From NCBI GenBank assembly GCA_963728405.1, contig CAVSJV010000007.1:1-64000 (forward strand): a stretch of DNA of 64,000 nucleotides. The letters are read 5' to 3'. Source of the stretch: Methanomassiliicoccaceae archaeon (GTDB lineage: Archaea > Thermoplasmatota > Thermoplasmata > Methanomassiliicoccales > Methanomassiliicoccaceae). Positions 1-10,582 of the stretch are shown here, piece by piece. The position numbers and the translations under genes were made by a program. The notes beneath the pieces were generated by a model. The model did not search any database and was not told where the DNA came from. It saw only the letters and a program-made list of their open reading frames with translations. Within the stretch, counting starts at the first letter, position 1. Every line of letters begins with the position of its first letter.

Positions 1-7
1 TATCCAA

Positions 8-521
8 ATGAGTAAACTATTAATCAATGAAAATCCGATTATGATTCAACCCACTCTTGTGATGAAATTAGGGCTCAATCAAGCAATCATTATTCAGCAG
101 GTTCATTATTGGTTGCTGAAAAGTCCACACATCAAAGACGGGAAACGTTGGATTTATAATACTTACAAGGATTGGAAGCAACAGTTTCCGTTTTGGTCGG
201 AGAAAACAATTATGCGGACCTTTCTTGCCTTGGAGGAGCAGGGGTATGTAATATCCGCAAACTATAATCGTATGAAAATTGATAAAACAAAATGGTATTC
301 GATCGACTATGATAAATTGGCAGAAATTGAAGAGGCTTCGTGACCGTATCAGTTGGACCGTTTGTTAGTCTACAAGGGACAAGTGAGCCCCTGATGGAGG
401 ACGAGCTGGCGGAACGGAATACCAGAGATTAACACAGAGACTAACACAGAGAATCCTGTGTACTACACCTCTGCCGATTGCCGAAATCATTACATATTTG
501 AACAATGAAACAAATGCCAGT
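8..521 (+). CDS. Bacillota phage/prophage-type replication initiator, interrupted and truncated at ~521
   Basis: ORF 8..343 MSKLLINENP..GLNQAIIIQQVHYWL..DGKRWIYNTY..W..QFPFWSEKTI..N..KIDKTKWY is the typical N-terminus of this family. Downstream frames give IPEINTETNTEN (taacacagaga x2) and LPIAEIITYLNNETNAS, resembling the start of the conserved phage C-terminal domain. AT-rich, unlike the rest of the window. Confidence 0.75.
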
Positions 522-1463
522 ATTTGCGGCGTCGCACATGGGCGGCACCCCGGAAAGGTTCGTAGGGCGCAACGTTACCGACCTGTTCGACCAAGGCTCG
601 GCCGAGCTCTATCTGTCACGCATCGCCGAGGCGGCGTCATCGAACACCCTACGGGAGTACGAGGATCACATCACCCTGCCGAGCGGCATAACCTGGTTCC
701 TGTCGATCTACACCCGCGTTCTGGACCCATCGGGGAACATGTGGTAGGGGTGCAGATCCTCTCCCACGACATCACCTCAAGGAAGGTGATGGAGAGAACG
801 CTTCACAACACGAACCAGAAGCTGAACCTCCTGTCCGGGGTGACCCGGCACGACATTGGCAACCAGCTGTTCGTGATGAACGGGTTGCTGCACCTGGCCA
901 AGGAGCAGAAGGATCGTGACGTGGCCGCCAGCTATATCGAGAAGGCCAGCATGGCGGGCGACCGCATCGGGGCAATGATCCGCTTCACCAAGGATTACGA
1001 GGGGATCGGGGTCCTGGCACCGTCGTGGCAGAACCTGCGCTACGTGGTCAACGATGCCTGGACCGGCGTGCAGCGCGGCGAGATACAGCTCCAGAACGAC
1101 ATCGACCCGGCCGTGGAGTTCTATGCCGACAACCTCGTGAGCAAGGTCTTCTACAACCTGATGGAGAATGCCGCCAACCACGGCCGGACGGTCATCTTCA
1201 TCCGGTGCTGGAGCGAGGAGGCCGAGGATGGACTGACGGTCTTCGTGGAGGACGACGGGATGGGGGTCATGCATTACGACAAGGAACAGATCTTCGAGCG
1301 CGGTTACGGCAAGAACCACGGTCTCGGGCTGTTCCTGGCGCGGGAGATATTGGACATCACCAACATTGGCATCAAAGAGACCGGCGTGCCGTTCAAGGGG
1401 GCGCGGTTCGAGATGACCGTGCCGAAGGGCGCGTTCCGTCGCAGCAACGCGCTGAGGCCGTAA
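522..1463 (+). CDS. PAS-domain sensor histidine kinase, 5'-truncated, frameshift at ~737
   Basis: PAS segment in ORF 505..747 (FAASHMGGTPERFVGRNVTDLF). ORF 498..1463 has the H-box KLNLLSGVTRHDIGNQ, N-box VFYNLMENAANHG and G-boxes EDDGMG and GLGLFLAREI. Confidence 0.85.
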   Translation: MCGVAHGRHPGKVRRAQRYRPVRPRLGRALSVTHRRGGVIEHPTGVRGSHHPAERHNLVPVDLHPRSGPIGEHVVGVQILSHDITSRKVMERTLHNTNQKLNLLSGVTRHDIGNQLFVMNGLLHLAKEQKDRDVAASYIEKASMAGDRIGAMIRFTKDYEGIGVLAPSWQNLRYVVNDAWTGVQRGEIQLQNDIDPAVEFYADNLVSKVFYNLMENAANHGRTVIFIRCWSEEAEDGLTVFVEDDGMGVMHYDKEQIFERGYGKNHGLGLFLAREILDITNIGIKETGVPFKGARFEMTVPKGAFRRSNALRP

Positions 1464-1517
1464 GCGGCAACAAGCACAGACTAGTTCTATTATCGTCGGG
1501 CTCGAATCGATGTTGGT

Positions 1518-3215
1518 ATGGCCAATGAGGTCCTGTTCTTCGCCCCCCTCGCCGTCGCCATCGGCCTGTCCGTAGCATTGGCCGTCTACGTGGGGCTGAG
1601 GAGCAGGCTCCGGGTCAGGAACCTCTTTGTGCTAATGAGCCTGGGAGTGGCCTTCCTGGCCGGGACCTACTGGATGGAGCTGCTGAGCCCCACCTTGTCG
1701 AGCAAGTTGTTCTGGAACGACCTCGAATATATCGTTAACGTGACCGTTCCGCCGCTCTTCTTGCTGTTCACCGTGACCTTCCTGGGCCGGGAGGTGGTCA
1801 ACGGCAAATGGCGTTCGCTCCTTTTCATCATCCCCCTGATCTCGCTCCTGCTGGTGTGGACGAACGACCTGCACCATCTGTTCTACAGTTTTGTGGGTCT
1901 GGACGGCAGCGGCAATTACTCCTCGTTCGAACACACCTATAGTTACGGTTTCGCCCTTCACTCTGGCTATTCCCTGGGGCTGCTGTTGGTCAGCGTGGCG
2001 CTGTTGACCAGCGCTTACCTGCGATCATCCCAGATGCATCGCCGGCAGGTCCGGTTGGTCCTGGTCGCCTCGCTCATTCCGATGTTCAGCTTGCTCCTTG
2101 GCCTTCAGGACTGGGTGTCCCTGTCCCTGACCTACTTGGTCGTCATCGGTTTCACCGCTTCAGGTTTCTTGATCTTCCTGGGGACGTTCATGTACGAGCT
2201 GTTCGACGTCGTGCCCCTGGCTATGGAAAAGATACTGGAGACGATGGACGACGGCATCATCGTGACCGATACGTCCGGTCGGGTGGTGTTCGCCAACTGC
2301 ACCGTTCTCGAGAGGACCCATTCGACCGAGAAGAGCAGCTACGCCCGTCCTATTTCCTCGCTCTCGGCGGAGCTGTCCGAGGACAAGGTTGTGAGCGCAA
2401 GGCAGGGCGAGCGGATCGAGGTGGACCTGGGAGAGGGGACGAACAGGCGCATCTACTCGCTCAAAGTGACCCCGATCGTGAACAAGGAGGGGACGATCAC
2501 TTCCCTGCTCCTGACGCTCCGCGACATCACTGAGGAGAAGCAGATCAGCCGGTCCCTGGAAGCGGCCAACGTCAAGCTGAACTTGCTGTCCAGCGTGACC
2601 AGGCACGATATCCTGAACCAGGTTACGGTGGTCCGAGGAGCGGGGGAACGGCTGCGGGACGCCCCGCTCGATGAGGTCGGGGTCAAGAAGTACGGCCGCA
2701 TGATCACCGAGGCGGCCGGGTCCATCGAACGGCAGTTCAACTTTGCCACGGACTACCAGAGCCTAGGGGTCCGCCCCCCGGAGTGGCAGAGCGCTGCCCA
2801 GGTCTTCAAGCGGGCCATGGCTCTAGGACTAGCAGGCGACATCGAGCTCGATGTGGAGCTGGACGATGTGGAGCTGCTGGCCGATCCCCTGATCGAGCGT
2901 GTGTTCAGCATCCTCCTGGACAACACCCAGCGTCACGGTGAGCGGGCCACCCGGGTCCGGGTCTGGTGCAGGAGCAGGGACGGCTCGCTGGCGATCATAT
3001 ATGAGGACAACGGCGCAGGGGTGGCGGACCAGGACAAGGAACGCATCTTTGAGCGGGGGTTCGGTCGCAGTGGAGGGCTCGGACTGTTCCTTGCCCGACA
3101 GATCCTCGATGTGAATGAGGCCAGCATCAAGGAGACTGGGTCGCTCGGGACTGGGGTGAGGTTCGAGCTGGTGTTCCCACCGGGCCGGTGGCGCCTAGGG
3201 TCGCGTTCCGGGTAA
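1518..3215 (+). CDS. Histidine kinase with N-terminal 7TM (HisKA_7TM-like) and PAS domain
   Basis: About seven hydrophobic helices, PAS (MDDGIIVTDTSGRVVFAN..LRDIT), H-box SSVTRHDILNQ, EDNGAG, GLGLFLARQI. Confidence 0.9.
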   Translation: MANEVLFFAPLAVAIGLSVALAVYVGLRSRLRVRNLFVLMSLGVAFLAGTYWMELLSPTLSSKLFWNDLEYIVNVTVPPLFLLFTVTFLGREVVNGKWRSLLFIIPLISLLLVWTNDLHHLFYSFVGLDGSGNYSSFEHTYSYGFALHSGYSLGLLLVSVALLTSAYLRSSQMHRRQVRLVLVASLIPMFSLLLGLQDWVSLSLTYLVVIGFTASGFLIFLGTFMYELFDVVPLAMEKILETMDDGIIVTDTSGRVVFANCTVLERTHSTEKSSYARPISSLSAELSEDKVVSARQGERIEVDLGEGTNRRIYSLKVTPIVNKEGTITSLLLTLRDITEEKQISRSLEAANVKLNLLSSVTRHDILNQVTVVRGAGERLRDAPLDEVGVKKYGRMITEAAGSIERQFNFATDYQSLGVRPPEWQSAAQVFKRAMALGLAGDIELDVELDDVELLADPLIERVFSILLDNTQRHGERATRVRVWCRSRDGSLAIIYEDNGAGVADQDKERIFERGFGRSGGLGLFLARQILDVNEASIKETGSLGTGVRFELVFPPGRWRLGSRSG

Positions 3216-3303
3216 CGCGAGCTGATGGGAATGCCGAAGCGGGTCCTTGAGGGCCCCAAGGGGCCGATCGAGCATTGTCCAAATAGAGAAAGGTATTTGA
3301 CAG

Positions 3304-4188
3304 GTGCGTAGCCAAGTGGGGGCCGTGGCGCCGGAACGAACGATCAGGCATCGCCTTAACGAAGTGATCACTGGCAAGCCCTTTGAGACGCCGGTGAGGA
3401 ACACCTACAGCCTGGTGTACGGCTTTTACAAGCACGATCCAAATCTCATTTACGACAAGCAGACCAGGAAGGTGATGACCCGGGTGCTGAGGAAGGACTC
3501 GAACTGCCTGGACGTGGGCGCCAATGAGGGTATGTTCGTCCGGGAGATGCTCAAGTTCGCGCCCCAGGGGGAGCACATGGCCTTCGAGCCCATTCCCGAG
3601 CTGGCGGCCAAGGTCGAGGCGAAGTATCCGCAGGTGGAGGTGCATAACTGCGCCCTGGCGGACGTCAGCGGCTGGTCCACCTTCCAGCTGGTGACCAACA
3701 ATCCTGGTTACAGTGGGTTGCGTCGCCGGAGCTACGAGTTCGGGGAGCCGATCATCAGGGAAATCACGGTGAGGACGCGGACGCTGGACGAGCTCTATCC
3801 CCCGGACCGGCCGCTGCGCTTCATCAAGATCGACGTCGAAGGGGCGGAATATCTGGTGCTTCAGGGCGGTAAGCGGACGTTGATGAAGTATCGCCCCTAT
3901 ATCGTGTTCGAGCACGGGCGGGGCGCGGCCACCTTCTACGACATACGGCCCGAGCAGCTCTACGATCTGCTGAGCAAGGAGGTGGACATGGACATCTCGG
4001 TCATGGCCGATTGGCTGGAGGGCGGCGATCCCCTCTCCCGGGACGAGTTCATCGACCAGTTCGACAACAACACCAACTATTACTTCCTGGCCCATCCGCG
4101 GAGAGTTCCGGAACGGCCATCCGACGTTGAGCGCCTGCCAGACGTCCAGCCCGCCCCCCCGGGCCCATGTGCTATGGGCCCTCAGTAA
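3304..4188 (+). CDS. FkbM family methyltransferase
   Basis: LDVGANEG, AFEP, TLDEL and FIKIDVEGAE motifs. Confidence 0.9.
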   Translation: MRSQVGAVAPERTIRHRLNEVITGKPFETPVRNTYSLVYGFYKHDPNLIYDKQTRKVMTRVLRKDSNCLDVGANEGMFVREMLKFAPQGEHMAFEPIPELAAKVEAKYPQVEVHNCALADVSGWSTFQLVTNNPGYSGLRRRSYEFGEPIIREITVRTRTLDELYPPDRPLRFIKIDVEGAEYLVLQGGKRTLMKYRPYIVFEHGRGAATFYDIRPEQLYDLLSKEVDMDISVMADWLEGGDPLSRDEFIDQFDNNTNYYFLAHPRRVPERPSDVERLPDVQPAPPGPCAMGPQ

Positions 4189-4279
4189 AGATGTGACAAA
4201 CGATGGGCGGCTACCGGACCATGGTCCACGAGGCGCACGACTAGCCTGGCGGGCGTGCACGGGGTGGAAGCGCAAGCTG

Positions 4280-4515
4280 CATGCTCGACCGTGGCATCCA
4301 TAACCTGGCCGTTTCCGACGCGGGTTTGGAGCCGAGGGTGATGGGGGACGAGCTCGGTGCCCTCAATGCTCGAAGATCCTAGACCCCGATGAGTTCGTTC
4401 GCGTCGTGCGGGGTGAGGAGGCGTTCAGGGGCTTGTCCGACCACATGGGAAGGTCTGTTGTCCGGTCTGGTCTGAGCACGATGGCAAAGTGATCAGTGTG
4501 CTATCGAAGGACTAA
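4280..4515 (+). pseudogene. Possible decayed CBS-domain gene
   Basis: Short frames read LDRGIHNLAV and EHDGKVISVLSKD, both CBS-like; there is no continuous ORF. Confidence 0.25.
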
Positions 4516-4999
4516 TGGGCCATGAATTAGAAAAAAGGTATCTGGCTTCTTGCTCCTCTTCCCCCGATTCCGGACTACATCTAAACAATATTTTAATAAC
4601 TCTGAAAAATTCTTAACAATAGTAGGGACGAGCGGTTATAGGAGAATTGAAGTGCGAGCAACAAATCATCGGAGGCCGCCCGTCCCAAACTTATATGGAT
4701 GTCCTATATAGAATCTGTTCTCAATAACCCTTCATTTTATGAGGTGTTAATTGTGATCTTCCAAAAGATGCCTATTCAAAAGGTATTAAAAATCAAGAAG
4801 AGTGGAGCGGGAAGGAAAGAACAATGGTTGGATGGGGTTCTGTTCAGGGCGATCGTCGCTCCTGATGAACTATTTATAATAATAATTTCATAATAAGAGC
4901 ACGTCAACTAAATCCCTTTTGTTTATTTATGGATGGGCGATGGGAGGCTTTTATATCGCCCCAGGCCATGGGCTCATGTCATTCAGATCAGGTGAAATA

Positions 5000-5272
5000 G
5001 TGCCCATATGTTGGAATTGCAGTACTGAGGTTCCTGAGCAAGCAGCGTTTTGCCCTCACTGTGGAAAGAGCTTTGCAGTAGCGTCCTCTGCAACTCAACA
5101 ACCAGCCCCGCCCAACAATCAGGCCCAGCCGAACCAGTATCAACCGTATCCTGCTAAATATTACCCATATGGGTCTGAGAGCCAGCTAGAACGAAAGGTC
5201 GATGGCCTTCAAAGATTGGTCATGTGGGTATTGGTCCTGCAGATCGTTTTGCTCATCCTCATCTTCGCCTAA
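5000..5272 (+). CDS. Zinc-ribbon protein with C-terminal TM helix
   Basis: GGTGA SD then GTG at 5000; CWNC..FCPHCG, Q/P/Y-rich linker, hydrophobic C-terminus. Confidence 0.75.
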   Translation: MPICWNCSTEVPEQAAFCPHCGKSFAVASSATQQPAPPNNQAQPNQYQPYPAKYYPYGSESQLERKVDGLQRLVMWVLVLQIVLLILIFA

Positions 5273-5276
5273 GATC

Positions 5277-5889
5277 ATGAGCGCTCTGATCGATGGGATG
5301 GTGGCCGGCCATGGCATCTCCATACCGTTGGGAGCAATATCGGTGCTCATCGTCGGCCGGTCGATCGACGGTGGCTTCCGCAGCGGGTTCAGCGCCGGGG
5401 CGGGCACGGCCACCGTTGACGCGCTCTGCGCGGCGTTGGTGGTGTTCGCCGGCCTGTTGGTCTCGTCGATGCTCTCGCCGATCGCGGGTCCCCTCAACCT
5501 GCTCGGCGGGGCCCTGCTCGTCCTGATGGGTTCCTACGGGATCTGGAAGGTCCGGAAGGCTAGAGAGGACGAAGCGGTTCGGTCCGTCCGGAGCAAAAGC
5601 AGCGCCTGGAGGACGTACTTCCAGTTCATCAGGCTGACCGTCGTCATCCGTTCGCCGCCATCTACTTCCTCGCCCGCATCATGGGCGGGAACGCCGAGTG
5701 GATACTTCGACCGTGGACTGCGCGATGTTCGGCGTGGGAGTGACCATCGCGTCACTGTCCTGGCAGACATTCCTAGCCGCTACGGGTGCTCTAGCGCAGA
5801 AGCGCCTGAGCGATAGGCTAAAAAGGGCCACAATGCTGGTCGGTAACGCGATCGTGGTGCTGCTGGGCGTGAACCTGCTGCTGTCCTGA
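5277..5889 (+). CDS. LysE/RhtB family translocator (frameshifted at ~5650-5700)
   Basis: GMVAG.GISIPLGAISVLIV..GFRSGFSAGAGTATVDA; C-terminal half continues in ORF 5698..5889 (GVTIASLSWQ). Confidence 0.8.
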
Positions 5890-6066
5890 TGGACTGAAGC
5901 CCAGAAAAAGTGAGCATTCAGCTTGCTGTTTGTTCGAATCCCCTACCATCTGTTCTTATGAGGGTTTTAAATAAGTGCGCTTCATCGCCCAAGGTATCGC
6001 GTCTTCTGGACCAATATTAAATTTATTGGGCTCTCCTAAACCGGATCAGCTTGGAAGGGATGCACT

Positions 6067-6717
6067 ATGAAACAAGAAAAGACCTGTCACAAATGTAATA
6101 AGCAGTATCCGCCGAGCACCATATTCTGCCCGGACTGCGGAAGCCTCACCAAATCCCCAGAAGCACCAGAAGTCACTCCTTCGGCGAACCCCGTTCGCGC
6201 GAAAAGATCAACCACCAGAAGTCTGCCCTCCAGGTATCTGCCATCAACAAGTCCGCCCCCCAAGGTCCGAACGGAATATTCCAGAACAGATTTTTTTGAG
6301 GCCCTTGTTAAGAACAATGTTCCTGAGCAGGACATCGAGGCCATAAGAAGCTTGATCGAATGGTCCGATAGGATATCAGAGTCTGTCTCCTACGGTGACA
6401 GCATCGCGGAGAGCGGCCGAGTGGGGTTCAGACCCAGGATCAGCGTACAGGACAAGGACGTAAGCTTGTTCTGGATCAGCACGGACGGAAGGATAGAGAT
6501 CTATTTCGAGGAATGGATACACACATCCCCGTTCGATTCTAGAGAGAAAAGGATGGAGATGGTAAAGAAACTGAACGCCATAAATGGGGTGAAGATATCG
6601 GGGGACAAGATCGCCGCCCGCCCGCCCGTCCCAGTTAAGGCGCTAAGGGAGAAGGCTGAAATGGATCAGTTCATCGAGATCTATGAATGGTTCATCGGGC
6701 TGGTCAGGGGCCAGTGA
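6067..6717 (+). CDS. Zinc-ribbon domain hypothetical protein
   Basis: CHKC..FCPDCG N-terminus, P/S/T linker, globular C-terminal domain. Confidence 0.75.
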   Translation: MKQEKTCHKCNKQYPPSTIFCPDCGSLTKSPEAPEVTPSANPVRAKRSTTRSLPSRYLPSTSPPPKVRTEYSRTDFFEALVKNNVPEQDIEAIRSLIEWSDRISESVSYGDSIAESGRVGFRPRISVQDKDVSLFWISTDGRIEIYFEEWIHTSPFDSREKRMEMVKKLNAINGVKISGDKIAARPPVPVKALREKAEMDQFIEIYEWFIGLVRGQ

Positions 6718-6798
6718 CTCTTTTTCGGAGACTTCCCTTAAGACGTGCGGTTACAGGGCTGAACGGTGCAGGGATCTGCGCTTGGGTTGTAATCAGTA

Positions 6799-6830
6799 AT
6801 CGGGAAAACCCCGATCAATTTACTTTTTTT
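6799..6830 (+). terminator. Putative terminator
   Basis: atcggg-aaaac-cccgat hairpin followed by a T7 run, downstream of 6067..6717. Confidence 0.35.
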
Positions 6831-7060
6831 ATGCATCTAAGGAACAAGTTCTGAAAACCCGAGAGTAAACCGAGCACATCAGAACGCGCATAATTCTAGA
6901 CCTCATTATGGCCAATGATGAATTTGCCAAGTCCATAAAAGGAGCATACGAACGAGCGTCTTGAAGGGTGGCGAACAAAGTTCCCTTATCGGCCCCCTCA
7001 AAAAGCCGCGCGACAAATCCTAATAGTCTTCGACATCACTGCACAAACTGAGGAGTTACG

Positions 7061-7624
7061 ATGAAGAACAAACTTGGCCCAGTGAACTGCATGTACCCGA
7101 TGCCGGTGACGCTGGTGGGAGCGAACATCGGGGACAGGCCGAACTACCTTCCGATCGCCCATGTCGGCATACTGAACTTCGCCACCCCCCAGTACATATC
7201 GATCGGGCTGAGCAAGTCGCACCGGACCAATGAGGGCATAAGGGAGCACGGGACGTTCAGCGTGAACATCCCGTCCCAGGACCAGGTGGTCGAGACCGAT
7301 TATGCTGGCATGGTATCGGCCAAGACCACCGACAAGTCGAAGCTCTTCGAGACCTTCTACGGCGAGCTGAGGACGGCGCCGATGGTCTCGGAGTGCCCGG
7401 TGAACATGGAGTGCCGGCTGTACCAGACCGTCGATTTTCCGACCCATGATGTCTTCATCGGGGAGATCGTCGCCTCCTATTGCGATGATGATATGATGAT
7501 GGACGGCGCGGTGGACCTGAGCAAGGTCCGGCCGATGCTCTTCGACATGCATTCGAAGCAGTACTGGAAACTGGGGGAGCCGTTCGCGAAGTGCTGGAAC
7601 ATCGGAAAGCAGCTCAAGAAGTGA
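7061..7624 (+). CDS. Flavin reductase family protein (flavoredoxin-like)
   Basis: YPMPVTLVG, FSVNIP, APMVSECPVNMEC and HDVFIGEIV motifs; GAGGAG SD. Confidence 0.9.
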   Translation: MKNKLGPVNCMYPMPVTLVGANIGDRPNYLPIAHVGILNFATPQYISIGLSKSHRTNEGIREHGTFSVNIPSQDQVVETDYAGMVSAKTTDKSKLFETFYGELRTAPMVSECPVNMECRLYQTVDFPTHDVFIGEIVASYCDDDMMMDGAVDLSKVRPMLFDMHSKQYWKLGEPFAKCWNIGKQLKK

Positions 7625-7682
7625 ATTAATGAGCCACGAGAGACGTATAATCGTCGTTCAACAGTCAATGCGGTGATGGAAG

Positions 7683-8540
7683 ATGGCCGACATGACCGGT
7701 AAGGTCTGCATCGTGACCGGTAGCAACTCGGGGATAGGCCGAGAGACGGCCTACACCCTGGCGAAAATGAACGCTTCCCTGGTCATGGTGGTGCGCGATC
7801 CAATGCGGGGCGAGGAGGCACGAAAAGAGATCGTCAATCAAACCGGGAACGGAAACGTCGACCTGATGCTCTGCGACCTGTCCTCGACGAGCTCGATACG
7901 CAACTTCGCCACGGAGTTCAGGAAGAAGTACGATCGACTGGACGTGCTGGTGAACAATGCCGGAGCGGTCTTCAACCGGCGCGAGGTGACCGCTGACGGT
8001 TTCGAACGGACCCTGGCCGTCGATTATCTGGGGCCGGTCCTGCTCACCCACGAGCTGCTGGACCTGCTGAAGAAGAGCGCGCCATCTCGGGTGATCAACG
8101 TGACCTCCGGGCTCGCCAACAGAGGGACGGTCGACCTCTCGGACATGCAGAGCGAGAAGGGCTATTCGGGAATGAAGGTCTACTCTAATGTCAAGCTGAT
8201 GCTGACCATGTACACCTACGAGCTGGCCAGGCGGCTCAAGGACACCGGGGTGACGGTCAACGCGGTGATGCCCGGCTTCGTCGCTACTGATCTGGGCAAG
8301 AACAGCGGCAGCCGTCTCTCGGCCTTCATGTTCTCGCTGGTACGTCCGATGCAGATCAGCGCGTCAAAGGGAGCGGAAACGCCCGTGTACCTGGCATTCT
8401 CGGACGAGGTCAGGACCGTGACGGGGAAGTGCTTCGAGAAGAAGGCGGAAGCAACGACCTGCCCGGTGTCCTACGACGAGCCGCTGCAGGGGCAGCTGTG
8501 GGACCGGACGGTGGAGATGCTGGGACTGCCGAAGAAATGA
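7683..8540 (+). CDS. Short-chain dehydrogenase/reductase (retinol-dehydrogenase-like), copy 1
   Basis: TGSNSGIG, LDVLVNNAG, and YSNVK catalytic YxxxK. Confidence 0.92.
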   Translation: MADMTGKVCIVTGSNSGIGRETAYTLAKMNASLVMVVRDPMRGEEARKEIVNQTGNGNVDLMLCDLSSTSSIRNFATEFRKKYDRLDVLVNNAGAVFNRREVTADGFERTLAVDYLGPVLLTHELLDLLKKSAPSRVINVTSGLANRGTVDLSDMQSEKGYSGMKVYSNVKLMLTMYTYELARRLKDTGVTVNAVMPGFVATDLGKNSGSRLSAFMFSLVRPMQISASKGAETPVYLAFSDEVRTVTGKCFEKKAEATTCPVSYDEPLQGQLWDRTVEMLGLPKK

Positions 8541-8542
8541 GC

Positions 8543-10078
8543 TCAATTCCCGGCCCTAATGGACCTGATCAGATCCATTGTCGGTCGTTCTACGGTCCCT
8601 GAACATCGAAGCTTTCTCCGGCCCAGCTTTGCCCATTGACGTGGGACATGAGGGAATCGGTCGCCCCATCGACGACCCAATAGTGCCCCATCGACCAGGG
8701 ATAAGGACCGCCATCGGGTGTGCCCAATTGCACCTGAAGGTGGGCTTCGTGGACCGATGACCCTCCGGCATATTGCCAGGAGAAACTGTGTAGTATCCAT
8801 TGCTGTCGCGTGCAAGCTCGGTCCTCGCACCGTCGTCCCCAACGAGCCACACCTTCTCAGCGTACGGGCAGGTGAACATGTGGACCTCACGGTACCACTG
8901 TAGGATGGGTACCTGCACGAGTCCTCGAAGGTGAAGTTGTAGACCTGCCCGGGGACGAACGGGTACGGAAAGTCGGTGGACATCTTCGTGTCGAACATGT
9001 AGTACGGGTTGAACTTCCCCCCTGAGCCATATACGGTGAAGGAAGAGACCTCAACATCGCTTATGGGCTTCCCCGTATCCTGATCGTAAGCGTAGAAACG
9101 GACCTCGTGGGTTCCCAGGGCGTACGTGGTAACAGACAGGGTGGTGTTGTGGTACTCCGCCCTTCCGCTGCCACTGTACATCCAGGTCCAGCCCATGTCC
9201 CCGCTGATCGTGGCCGGGTCGTCCAGCAGCAGGCCGTAGCACCCCTTCTCGCCGTCGTTGTATATATTGGCCCAGACCGGCGGCCCCCCGGCGTACGACG
9301 AGTTCACGAACACCTGATCGGCGTGGAGGCCAACGAAGTAAATCACAATGCCGATGTGGCTGGCATCGGCCTGCTGTGATACCCACGTGTCGACCTCGCC
9401 CGTGCTGGGTTCGCCGTAGAACGGTGGACTGTACGGGTGGTAGGCGGGGCGGAACGGCCAGCTCTCGGATAGAGAGCACACCACCTTGGGTTCCTTTTTC
9501 AATGCCGTTGCCGGCGTCGGTGCAGGGGTCGGTGTTGGTAGGGGGAGGGTCGAAGGATCGACACTCGGTGAGGAGGTCGGGTTCGTGATCGGTGACGGCC
9601 CGATGGTCGAAGAAGGACCTGGAGATACTATGGGCGATGAGGGGTCGTTCGATGGAACGGCACAGTTCGCGTAGTGATTCCCCATTACTAGGTTGATAAT
9701 CGTGACATTGATGGCCCCCTGGACATTGGCCACGATCAGGAACTCTTTGGTCTGATGAGCTGCTACAATGTCGGGTCCGTTGCAGTAGGCTTCAATGGTC
9801 GACCCATCGGCCAGGGTAACGGTGAAATTTACCTCCCTCATGTTGAGCTGCACCGATTTTCCGTTGGTCACATTCACGGGTATGGCCATGTAGCCGTAGG
9901 TCGTCAGATTGGCTGGTCCAATGGCGATCACCCTTACGCCATCCAGGTTGGGCGGGTCCGAAGAAGGTGATGGGTTTGGGGTTACGGTCGTATCAAAAAA
10001 TCCCGAGACCAGTACGGCCATTATCATGGCAGAGGCGATAAGGACGATCGCACAAACGGCCCATATTTCTCTCTTCAC
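8543..10078 (-). CDS. Secreted/membrane-anchored protein with Pro/Thr-rich linker (frameshift near the C-terminus)
   Basis: N-terminal hydrophobic helix, beta-rich domain, PTPTPAPTP linker. The sequence becomes nonsensical after ~8880, where ORF 8556..8918 looks like the true frame. Confidence 0.7.
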   Translation of the reverse strand: MKREIWAVCAIVLIASAMIMAVLVSGFFDTTVTPNPSPSSDPPNLDGVRVIAIGPANLTTYGYMAIPVNVTNGKSVQLNMREVNFTVTLADGSTIEAYCNGPDIVAAHQTKEFLIVANVQGAINVTIINLVMGNHYANCAVPSNDPSSPIVSPGPSSTIGPSPITNPTSSPSVDPSTLPLPTPTPAPTPATALKKEPKVVCSLSESWPFRPAYHPYSPPFYGEPSTGEVDTWVSQQADASHIGIVIYFVGLHADQVFVNSSYAGGPPVWANIYNDGEKGCYGLLLDDPATISGDMGWTWMYSGSGRAEYHNTTLSVTTYALGTHEVRFYAYDQDTGKPISDVEVSSFTVYGSGGKFNPYYMFDTKMSTDFPYPFVPGQVYNFTFEDSCRYPSYSGTVRSTCSPARTLRRCGSLGTTVRGPSLHATAMDTTQFLLAICRRVIGPRSPPSGAIGHTRWRSLSLVDGALLGRRWGDRFPHVPRQWAKLGRRKLRCSGTVERPTMDLIRSIRAGN

Positions 10079-10582
10079 GGTTACCCTGCCGACCTCTTAA
10101 ATGTATTGAGGTCGTGAATTAAATGAATGCCAGATGTATTTCTATCTTTTTAGATAACAGTCCTTATCTTTGCTCATGCTGGGCGGTTAGAGAAATAACA
10201 TTATTACAAGGCCAATTTACCGGGGGACAGGCGGTAGATCTGCATGGGCTTCACTATAATTGGGCGAGGCATGGACTAGACCGTCTGACCCCAACTGTAC
10301 TCAGCTTAGGCACATGCAGGGCAGATGGATATACTGGCTCGATCCGATTCTTTACTAAATCATGAGCCGCTTAGGCTCCTCTTCGTCTCATCCTGGAACT
10401 TCCAGTTCGATCCCCTATCTGGCACCCTCTACCAGGTGTTCTCATTGTTGGACGAGTCGCTATGGGCAGGCGTTCCTCGCTTGAACTTAATAGCGAATTT
10501 ATTTACTATTTTTATTAAAAAGAAACATTATTATCAATAATCTGATGATTAATGATATATCGACATTATCCCATGTGGCCGC

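Noticed and set aside
420-455. taacacagaga direct repeats as replication iterons
   Set aside because: Only two full copies, and they are explained by the coded TE(I/T)NTE linker of this protein family.
5930-5950. gttcgaatccc T-loop-like word (also ggttcgactc at ~63548)
   Set aside because: No complementary T-stem or acceptor strand, so not counted as att scars.
10360-10490. Possible IS630-like transposase tail on the minus strand (ENTW*RV..NWKFQDE)
   Set aside because: Too short and degenerate; no DDE motifs or inverted repeats.
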